Below, in pieces: positions 24,140 to 32,189 of a stretch of 45,122 nucleotides of DNA. The stretch comes from a virus (lineage: Duplodnaviria; Caudoviricetes). Below the pieces are notes generated by a model. The model did not search any database, was not told where the DNA came from, and saw only the letters and a program-made list of their open reading frames with translations. A program made the position numbers and the translations under genes. Each line of letters opens with the position of its first letter. Position 1 is the stretch's first letter. The stretch is from IMG/VR virus record IMGVR_UViG_3300011334_000276, positions 1 to 45,122 of that record. One strand, written 5' to 3'.

Positions 24140-26437
24140 ATGTCAGGCTTGAACCCGAATATCCGCATGATTGACGACGAGGCGGATGCCGCCATTGGCC
24201 CCATGGACGTGACCGTCGAGCATGACAACGCCGAGCCTGAAGACGTTCCAGACATCTCGCAGGATGGTGCCATCCTCAAGATCGAACACGGTGACGGGTC
24301 GATCACGCTGTCGCTGGATGGTAAGCCCCTCAAAGACCCCGAAAACGAGAAGACACCGCCATCTGGCTGGTTCGACAACCTCGTTGACGAGATTGACGAC
24401 ATCGAACTCCAGAACATTGCCGACGACCTGATCCGTGGCGTGGCTGACGACATCGAGAGCCGCAGCGAGTGGATCGAGGATCGCGCGCAGGGCATCAAGC
24501 TGCTTGGCCTCAAGATCGAGATACCTGGCCTGAACGGCGCTGCCGATGGTGCGCCAGTCGAGGGCATGTCCAAGGTTCGCCACCCACTTCTGCAAGAGGC
24601 CGTGCTGCGCTTTCAGGCTAACGCGCGCTCTGAACTGCTGCCCACCGATGGCCCCGTCAAAATCCGCGATGACGCAAACGGCAGCACAGTGGAGCGCGAC
24701 GAGATCGCCAACGCCCTTGAGAAGGACATGAACCACTATTTGACCAGCACGGCGCGGGAGTATTACCCCGACACAGACCGCATGCTGCTTATGCTGGGCT
24801 TTGGTGGCACATCCTTCAAGAAGGTGTACTTCTGCCCGCTGCGCAACCGCCCCGTCAGCGAGAGCGTGGATGCTGATAACCTGATCGTGAACAGCGCCGC
24901 CACCGACCTGTCGAATGCCAAGCGCATCACGCACCGAGTGTACATGCGCCCCAGCACGGTCAAGCGCCTGCAAATCATTGGTATCTACAGCGACACCGAT
25001 CTGGACACGCCCAACGAGGTCACGCCCGATGCGGCGCAGGATGCCAAGAGCGCGCAGCAGGGTATCACCGCCACCTCGTCAAACCCAGATGACCGCGACC
25101 GCGAGATTTACGAGGTCTATTGCGAACTGGACATCAAGGGCTACGAACACAAGCTCAAGGGCAAGGAGACTGGCCTCGAAATCCCGTACCGTGTCACCAT
25201 TGACGTGTCGTCGCGCAAAATCCTGTCGATCACCCGCAACTTCGATCAGGACACCGCCGATCTGCCCGAAGCCCGCACGAACTTCGTAAAATACACGTTT
25301 GTGCCAGGTCTGGGCTTCTACGACATCGGCCTGCTGCACATCTTGGGTAACACCACCAACGCCATCACGGCAGCGTGGCGCGAACTGCTGGACGCTGGCA
25401 TGTACGCGAACTTCCCAGGCTTCCTGATCAGCGACACGGGATCGCGCCAGAACACCAACATCTTCCGCATCCCACCAGGCGGGTCTGCTCAGATCAAGAC
25501 GGGTGGCATGCCCATCAATCAGGCCATCATGCCGCTGCCCTACAAGGAGCCATCGCAGGCTCTGATGGCATTGGTAGAGAATATGTCCCAGACTGGCATG
25601 CGCGTGGGTGGCACCTCGGAGGCTCAGGTTGGCGAGGGCCGTGCCGATGCCCCCGTGGGTACAACGCTGGCCATGATAGACCAAGCCACCAAGATCATGA
25701 ACGCCGTCCACAAGCGCATGCACAGCGCGCAGGCCGAGGAGTTTTCTCTGCTGCTGAAGTGCTTCCGCGAGCATCCCGAAAGCTTCTGGGAGCGCAACCG
25801 CAAGCCCACCCTCCAGTGGAATGAAGAACTGTTCATGCGGGCGCTGAATGACGTTGAATTGGTGCCGCAGGCAGACCCCAACACATCCAGCCACGCCCAG
25901 CGCGTGATGAAGATCATGGCGCTGAAGCAATTGCAGGCCGCCAACCCGCAGATGTACGACGAGGAAGCCATCGACAAGGCCGCACTGCGCGCCATCGGCT
26001 GGTCAAACCCCGAACAGTTCCTAAAGCCGAAGGAGGCCAAGCAGCCGCCGCCTGAGTTCCTGAAGGGCGTTGAGGAGATCAAGATCGCCCACCAGAAGGC
26101 TGACGCTGACACGCTGCGCGCTCAGGCCACGATGCTGGCGGCTCAGTCAAAGTCAGGCGCGCCGCAGGGGCCACAGGGGCCGCAGTCAGACCCCGCCAAG
26201 ATGGTGGCCGAGCAGAACAAGGCCCGCCAGATGGAGTATAGCATGCAGCGCGACCAAATGAACGATCAAAACCGCGACCTCGACCGCGAGAAAGACTTGC
26301 GCGTCGAGCAGATGCGGATGGATCGTGAGCAGATGAACGATGCGGTTCGCATGCAGCACGAGCGCGACATGCAGGAACGTGACCACGCCGCCGATGCGGT
26401 CAAACTGGCGATGCAAATCCGCAAACAGGGGAAGTAA
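24140..26437 (+). CDS. portal protein (P22-like podoviral type)
   Basis: 765 aa after terminase block; HP.L.EA...FQA, G..FKKVY, PGLGFY..GL.H, PVGTT.A..; Gln/Arg-rich C-terminal barrel coil. Confidence 0.88.
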   Translation: MSGLNPNIRMIDDEADAAIGPMDVTVEHDNAEPEDVPDISQDGAILKIEHGDGSITLSLDGKPLKDPENEKTPPSGWFDNLVDEIDDIELQNIADDLIRGVADDIESRSEWIEDRAQGIKLLGLKIEIPGLNGAADGAPVEGMSKVRHPLLQEAVLRFQANARSELLPTDGPVKIRDDANGSTVERDEIANALEKDMNHYLTSTAREYYPDTDRMLLMLGFGGTSFKKVYFCPLRNRPVSESVDADNLIVNSAATDLSNAKRITHRVYMRPSTVKRLQIIGIYSDTDLDTPNEVTPDAAQDAKSAQQGITATSSNPDDRDREIYEVYCELDIKGYEHKLKGKETGLEIPYRVTIDVSSRKILSITRNFDQDTADLPEARTNFVKYTFVPGLGFYDIGLLHILGNTTNAITAAWRELLDAGMYANFPGFLISDTGSRQNTNIFRIPPGGSAQIKTGGMPINQAIMPLPYKEPSQALMALVENMSQTGMRVGGTSEAQVGEGRADAPVGTTLAMIDQATKIMNAVHKRMHSAQAEEFSLLLKCFREHPESFWERNRKPTLQWNEELFMRALNDVELVPQADPNTSSHAQRVMKIMALKQLQAANPQMYDEEAIDKAALRAIGWSNPEQFLKPKEAKQPPPEFLKGVEEIKIAHQKADADTLRAQATMLAAQSKSGAPQGPQGPQSDPAKMVAEQNKARQMEYSMQRDQMNDQNRDLDREKDLRVEQMRMDREQMNDAVRMQHERDMQERDHAADAVKLAMQIRKQGK

Positions 26438-28924
26438 ATGGACAGAGACAAGGCCATCCGCGCGGCGAAGCTGACCATTGGTGGTATGCTGGAAAAGAAC
26501 CGCCACACCACGGCAGTGGGACGCGCTGGTGGCCAAGTCTCCCCATCCAAATACATGCCCAACGTCCCCCGCGCCGTCCACGCTGACGGTGGCGCTGCCA
26601 ATGCCCCCATGTTCCAAGGTATCCACCCAGACCTTCAAGACGAAAGCGGCGCGCCGCTCAACCTGTATCATGGGACACCGCAAGAAGAGGAGTTTGAGGC
26701 GTTTGACGATGCCAAGCTTAACGCGCGGGACACTGGTTTCCATGGGCGTGGGCATTACCTCACGCCAGACAAGGGGAATGCGGAGGAGTATGGCGAAGAC
26801 GGCACCGTAATTGGCCCGCTTCACGCCGCGCTAAAGAACCCATACGTCTGGGATGTGTCTGACGATATGAAGTCCAACAAAACCCTGCGCGACCTCCAAT
26901 CCATGGGGATCATGCGGGACAAGAGCGAGCTTCGTTCTTGGGACAACTTGCAGTCTCACCACATTCAGCCATTCATGGCGGAGATGAAAAAGCGCGGGCA
27001 TGACGGGGTGGTTGTTAAGACTGGCCACGATTGGCTACCCAATGGCATCTCTGAGGTGGTGGCATTCGACCCCAAGACCATCAAGCACACCGATGCCGAG
27101 GCGTTTGACCCCACAGACCCCCGCATCCGCCGCGAGGATGGTGGTGTAACGCAGAAAGCCGCTGGCGGCCAAGTCATGGGCTACGTCCCCATGGCTACTC
27201 TGCCAGTGTCACGGCTGGCCGTTGCGCGCGCGCCAGTGCAGCAGCAGCAGGCACCAGCGGGCAGGTTCAGCGACTCCCTCAGTTCCCTGATGGACACAGC
27301 AAAAAGCTTTAAGGGGGAGCCAGAGGCAGCCGTAGATTCGCCCAGCGCAGCCACAGAGGGTCACGCGCCGCAAGGCATGAGCGAGGCCGCCACCGCTGCA
27401 TACGGCAAGCTGGTTGATGCCTATGGGCAGCCCCTTGCCATCAACAGCGCGTACCGCGACCCAAAGCACAACGAAGAAGTTGGTGGCGCAAAGGGAAGCC
27501 AGCACACCCACGGCAATGCGTACGATATTGACGTATCCAACATGCCGCACGACGAACGTCTAGCTCTGGCCGATCTTGCGTGGGATTCTGGCTTTCGCGG
27601 CATTGGGTTTTACGACAACAGCATGCACTTTGACGTTGGCGATCCACGCTCGTGGGGGCCATCGCACAGCAGGGACAGCATCCCAGAGTGGGCGCAGCCC
27701 TTTACTGAGGAGCGTTATGGCTACGCATCTGGTGGCCGCACGTTGGACAAGTCTGGCTTGTACAGCAAAGCCCTTGAGGTTGCCCGCAGCATGCAGCAGA
27801 AACGCGGCACCCCAGAGCAGTTCATGGCGCAATTGAAAAACTCCAAGGGCGTAAAGCCTGCCGAGATCGAAGCCATTGGCATGCCCACGGGCGACAAGAT
27901 AACGCGCGATGAGTTTGTCCAGCATATCGCCAGTAAAGTCCCCAAGCTCTCGACTGCGCAGTACGGTGAAAACCCATCATATTTGCACCACGGGGAGCGG
28001 CAGTTCATGCGCGACACATGGGGTAAGGAAGACCTACCTCCAGAAGACCAAGAGAAATGGAATACCATTCGGTTGCGACAAAATTCAACGCCATTCCATG
28101 AGCGAAATGCTCTCGGTGATGATGTTGAGCCTGGATACGAGGAGTATTCTACCCCTGGAGGCGACAACTACAGGGAGCGTCTGATCAAACTGGGCGGGGA
28201 AAATCAGTACCAGTCCAGCCACTGGAATGCGCCAAACGTCCTTGCCCACATCAGGATGAAAGACCGTGACGCGCCCAACGGCGACAGGCTCCTGCATGTC
28301 GAGGAAATTCAGTCTGACTGGGGCCAGCAGGGCCGCGAGAGGGGCTTTCACGACCCCAAGAACCCGTATGAGGTCTACCGAATAGGCACCAATGAGGTGG
28401 TGTCGCGTCACCCAGATTATGGCTCGATGTGGGATGCGTACCGCACACACCCAGAGAGCAGCGGTATGAACTATGGTGATGCTAGGGAGAGAAAAATCCC
28501 AGCCGCGCCATATGTCCAGAACACCCAGCACTGGACTGACTTGGCCATGAAGCACGTCATGCGTGAGGCCGCCTTGGGGGATTACGATGGTGTCATCTTT
28601 ACCCCAGGTCAGGTTCACGCAGACAGATACGGCATGGAAGACGCGAGCGGGATGAAGGGGTATTACGATAACATCGTACCCAAGAGCGCACTCAGCACTG
28701 TTCAGCAGCACGACCCATCCATCAAACCACAGACCATGAACGTGAATGGTGAGTATGACGCTACGCACATCCCACTGACAGACACGGCGAAAGAGTCTAT
28801 ACTGAAGAACGGGTTCCCAATGTTCAATCGGGGCGGCACCGTTGATGCTGCCCTAGCTCTAACTCGCGGATTTACGAAGGACGGGAAGTCTGCTATAAGT
28901 GCGCTCAAACCCAAGGGGAAGTGA
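26438..28924 (+). CDS. multidomain polyvalent protein: ART-like domain + peptidase M15A + large-polyvalent-protein-associated domain
   Basis: LYHGT...G.G.YLT...A..Y...LKNPY...GHDG...EVVAFDP; SAYR...N..VGGA..SQH..G.A.DI...H.D; SHW...NV.AH.R..DR...EEIQSDW.Q.GR. Confidence 0.8.
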   Translation: MDRDKAIRAAKLTIGGMLEKNRHTTAVGRAGGQVSPSKYMPNVPRAVHADGGAANAPMFQGIHPDLQDESGAPLNLYHGTPQEEEFEAFDDAKLNARDTGFHGRGHYLTPDKGNAEEYGEDGTVIGPLHAALKNPYVWDVSDDMKSNKTLRDLQSMGIMRDKSELRSWDNLQSHHIQPFMAEMKKRGHDGVVVKTGHDWLPNGISEVVAFDPKTIKHTDAEAFDPTDPRIRREDGGVTQKAAGGQVMGYVPMATLPVSRLAVARAPVQQQQAPAGRFSDSLSSLMDTAKSFKGEPEAAVDSPSAATEGHAPQGMSEAATAAYGKLVDAYGQPLAINSAYRDPKHNEEVGGAKGSQHTHGNAYDIDVSNMPHDERLALADLAWDSGFRGIGFYDNSMHFDVGDPRSWGPSHSRDSIPEWAQPFTEERYGYASGGRTLDKSGLYSKALEVARSMQQKRGTPEQFMAQLKNSKGVKPAEIEAIGMPTGDKITRDEFVQHIASKVPKLSTAQYGENPSYLHHGERQFMRDTWGKEDLPPEDQEKWNTIRLRQNSTPFHERNALGDDVEPGYEEYSTPGGDNYRERLIKLGGENQYQSSHWNAPNVLAHIRMKDRDAPNGDRLLHVEEIQSDWGQQGRERGFHDPKNPYEVYRIGTNEVVSRHPDYGSMWDAYRTHPESSGMNYGDARERKIPAAPYVQNTQHWTDLAMKHVMREAALGDYDGVIFTPGQVHADRYGMEDASGMKGYYDNIVPKSALSTVQQHDPSIKPQTMNVNGEYDATHIPLTDTAKESILKNGFPMFNRGGTVDAALALTRGFTKDGKSAISALKPKGK

Positions 28925-28925
28925 C

Positions 28926-31900
28926 ATGGAAGATATTGTGAAGAGGGCCTTGAGTCTGACAAAAGGGAAGCCCTCCAATCCTTTAAAGGGTACCCCCTTG
29001 GGGGATGACGAAATCAAGGATTTATCCAGTCTTCTTTCTAACGTCCGCAACACAAGAGCTGGCAGGATGCATGAAAGGTATCAATCCTTGCCGCCAGAGC
29101 AGTCTATTCAGACTATGTACGGCGACCTTTTGGATTTGGCAAAGCAAGGCAAACCTGGAAAACTTTGGTACGAAAAAAGCTCAAAACGCATTCTGCAATA
29201 TCTTGGTGGCGACAAGAACGCCGCTGACAAGTTTGCTCAGTTGATCGCTATCTACAGCCCCCAAACAACCGTACCTATAAACACAGGCAATGCCATCAAG
29301 GCGTACAACCGAGCCAAGACTGGCAGCAAGCTTTGGGATGGAGACATCGTAGATCGGGATCGCACTTTTAACAGCATTAAGGAATCTAGCGATTATGTGA
29401 AGTCTTTAGGTGGCGAAAACGCTGGAATTACCAAGGTTCCTTTGGACGACAGTGGAAAAAGATTCTTGATTGCGCGCCACAAACCTAAATCGTACGAAAA
29501 CATTGCCACTGCCGACAGAGACTTAAAGGCCCACTTGTTGATGAATGAAGGTATTCCGTTTGAGGGCCGAAAGACGAACAACTTTTACAACAACTTGATG
29601 GTTCACATCGATCCATCCCGCCTTCAGGGGTCAACACAAGACCTTTGGATGGCGCATGCTTTTGGCTTTCCAGATACTACCATTGGGGCATCTGGAAAAT
29701 ATGATTTTATGGAGAAAATAACAAAGCGCCTTGCCGATCAACTAGGCTGGCGACCACACCAAGTGCAGGCTGCCATTTGGACTGCCATCAAAACACGCAT
29801 GGAAGGCGTTGCCAACGATGCAAAGAAGGCAGCCATTGATAAGGGCATGGCTTCAATGCAAATGGGGCCAAAGGGCAAACCAAGGTTTGCTATCAATGAG
29901 GGCATGGAAGACAAGGTTGCTGAGTTGCATCACGACATGGCACTTGGCAAAAAAGTTTCCAGAAAAGAAATTTTGGATAGTTCAAAAGACTTTTCCGATT
30001 TCATGGATCAGAACCTGTCGCACATCACTTGGGAGTCAGCCCCAAGTAAGGATGTTTCTCACCTAAATGGCATTGAAGAATTGCCGCCAGAAGCCAAGGC
30101 CGAGTACCACGGTCTTGCGTCTAAGGCCCTGCAAGACAAGGATGGCAATGACCTTCTTGCAAAATATTTGGGCATCATGTCCCCAGGTGCAACAGACGCA
30201 CCTGGATACTGGCAAGGAAAGACAAACCCAGCCTCCCACACCATGGTGGGAACCACGCGCGTCAAAGCAGCATTGCAAAAGCCAGATATTGACGAGCCGT
30301 CCAAGCAACTCTTAGACATATATGCCACCGCTAAAGGTTTGCTCCATAAGCAGGATGGTGTCGGCTATCATCGACCATTTTACAATCCGCAGATTACCCA
30401 AGCCAATGGCATTGAGTACAGCTTTGACAAAGACTTGACTGACGACCACATCAGAAATATTGGACAATCCCTTGATGGGGCGTTGAGTGGGGCATCTCTT
30501 GTACCTGTTAACAACAGAAAAGTTCGTGTTTTAAACTTCTCTGGTCAACACGAGGAAGACCAGCGTGGTTTTCACAGGGTAGTTGACAGCGTGATGTCTA
30601 AGGCCACTCCAGACACGCACACGGCAACAAAGCGTGTCTTCGCATCTGACGGAAATCTTGTAGAAAACGATTGGAAGGTAGACAAAAATGGCGAAAATTA
30701 TAGACAAAGGCTTAGTGCCGCAGGACGACCCGATGTTCACGAATTCGTTTCAAGTGTTCTCGCCCCACGGCTCGAAGCGGTTGACCGCGAGTTCGCGGAA
30801 AAGCACGGCCTCAAAACAGACCCCCAGCTTGAACAAAGCATCCGAGCGCCACAAGCCGTTCAGCAAGATGTCGGACGCGGAACATCTGACATATTTGGAA
30901 AAAATGTACCAAGACCACGTCAGGCGTTTTCAAAAGGGGGAGACGCAACACCAACCTCGCAGGACAACCCTGAAGGAATGGAAGGAGTTCCTGAAGAAAG
31001 ATCATCCGATCTTTTAGGGAACGGTAGAAACTTCACTGGTTTCTTTTCAAACATAACGTCAGGGCTGACTGGTGCGCCAGCGTCCAAGGATGCTTACAAG
31101 CCAGCTTTTGATATTTCTGGAATTTCCCCATTTTCTCAGGAATATCATAAGCACTTAGGCAAGTTTGATGACCATATTGGTATGTCCATCCCCAGCTTTC
31201 GTGAAACCCAACAGGCTGTTGGACATGCCATAGCAAAAACCTTTCCCGAAGGTGGCGACATGATTGATATTGGTGCGTCTGAGGGCGCTCTCAACAAGTC
31301 CATCAGCGCCCTAACTGGCGGTCGCATGAGAACTGTTGCTCTTGACCCTAACCCGTCAATGGAAAATTCATTCAACTCAATTTCAAAAGTACCTGGAGCT
31401 GAATACGTTGTTGGAGCTTACGGTAACAAGGAAGATGAGGGAAAAACCGCATGGAACGAGGATGACATTCTTCACGACAAAAACGGCGTTCCCCGCCCGA
31501 ATCCGTATGCGGGAATGCCAATCAAGTATTACACGCCTGATCGCAAGTTTGATGTCGCTCATGAGGCAATGGTGTTTCAATTCATGAACGGCAACAGGCA
31601 TGCGCAAGTTGCGCGGGCAAAAGAGCTTCTTCACCCCCACGGTATTTTGATCAATGAGCAAAAATTTGTTCCAGGTGAAGGCCTGACAAGTGATGAGTTC
31701 GCGGCAAACGAAGCGAAGAAGGACGCATACAAGGAGAAGTTCTTTACAAAAGAGGATATTGCCAAGAAGGCGGCAGCAATTCTCCATGGTAAACAGGACG
31801 AATTTGCAGCGGAGCAAAAGGCAAAGGAATCCGCCGTTGTTGGTATGCACGACCTACAAGTTCCCCCTGGTGAAATGGAAAGGGTTTTGAAGAAACACTT

Positions 31901-32105
31901 CAAACACGTTGCCCAAATTTGGGACAGCGGGAACTTTAAGGGTTACGCATCATCAGATAGCCCTGAGCATCTCAATAGATTTTTGTCGCACCTTCCAAAT
32001 ATGAATTCTGAATTTTCTACCGTCAAAACGCCAAGGAAAGTTGAGAGTGATACAACTGGGAATGATGTGGTCAAAAAGGCGCTCAAGCTGACAAACGGCA
32101 TGTAG
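28926..32105 (+). CDS. multidomain polyvalent protein: HhH/glycosylase-like domain + central domain + CmoA-like SAM-dependent domain
   Basis: WY...IAIYSPQT.V..N, G.KT.NFY.NL, T.DLWM, P.QVQAAIW; FDDHI..SIP.F, IDIGASEG, LDPN, M.FQF, L.P.G.LI..QK, GNF. Confidence 0.75.
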   Translation: MEDIVKRALSLTKGKPSNPLKGTPLGDDEIKDLSSLLSNVRNTRAGRMHERYQSLPPEQSIQTMYGDLLDLAKQGKPGKLWYEKSSKRILQYLGGDKNAADKFAQLIAIYSPQTTVPINTGNAIKAYNRAKTGSKLWDGDIVDRDRTFNSIKESSDYVKSLGGENAGITKVPLDDSGKRFLIARHKPKSYENIATADRDLKAHLLMNEGIPFEGRKTNNFYNNLMVHIDPSRLQGSTQDLWMAHAFGFPDTTIGASGKYDFMEKITKRLADQLGWRPHQVQAAIWTAIKTRMEGVANDAKKAAIDKGMASMQMGPKGKPRFAINEGMEDKVAELHHDMALGKKVSRKEILDSSKDFSDFMDQNLSHITWESAPSKDVSHLNGIEELPPEAKAEYHGLASKALQDKDGNDLLAKYLGIMSPGATDAPGYWQGKTNPASHTMVGTTRVKAALQKPDIDEPSKQLLDIYATAKGLLHKQDGVGYHRPFYNPQITQANGIEYSFDKDLTDDHIRNIGQSLDGALSGASLVPVNNRKVRVLNFSGQHEEDQRGFHRVVDSVMSKATPDTHTATKRVFASDGNLVENDWKVDKNGENYRQRLSAAGRPDVHEFVSSVLAPRLEAVDREFAEKHGLKTDPQLEQSIRAPQAVQQDVGRGTSDIFGKNVPRPRQAFSKGGDATPTSQDNPEGMEGVPEERSSDLLGNGRNFTGFFSNITSGLTGAPASKDAYKPAFDISGISPFSQEYHKHLGKFDDHIGMSIPSFRETQQAVGHAIAKTFPEGGDMIDIGASEGALNKSISALTGGRMRTVALDPNPSMENSFNSISKVPGAEYVVGAYGNKEDEGKTAWNEDDILHDKNGVPRPNPYAGMPIKYYTPDRKFDVAHEAMVFQFMNGNRHAQVARAKELLHPHGILINEQKFVPGEGLTSDEFAANEAKKDAYKEKFFTKEDIAKKAAAILHGKQDEFAAEQKAKESAVVGMHDLQVPPGEMERVLKKHFKHVAQIWDSGNFKGYASSDSPEHLNRFLSHLPNMNSEFSTVKTPRKVESDTTGNDVVKKALKLTNGM
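30688..31017 (+). CDS. candidate overprinted ORF in an alternative frame (109 aa; internal ATG at 30868)
   Basis: GGAAGG upstream; protein-like sequence where the host frame reads as a linker. Confidence 0.45.
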   Translation: MAKIIDKGLVPQDDPMFTNSFQVFSPHGSKRLTASSRKSTASKQTPSLNKASERHKPFSKMSDAEHLTYLEKMYQDHVRRFQKGETQHQPRRTTLKEWKEFLKKDHPIF

Positions 32106-32189
32106 AACATAGATCGTGCATTGGCCCTCACTTCCGTGTACAATAAAAAGCACAACAGGGACGCCTGACAACCTCAAGAGGATCGAGAA

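Noticed and set aside
29005-31890. Other same-strand alternative-frame ORFs inside the 28926 gene (29005, 29809, 30067, 31336, 31690)
   Set aside because: They overlie well-formed domains, lack clear RBSs and read as frame shadows, unlike the 30688 ORF.
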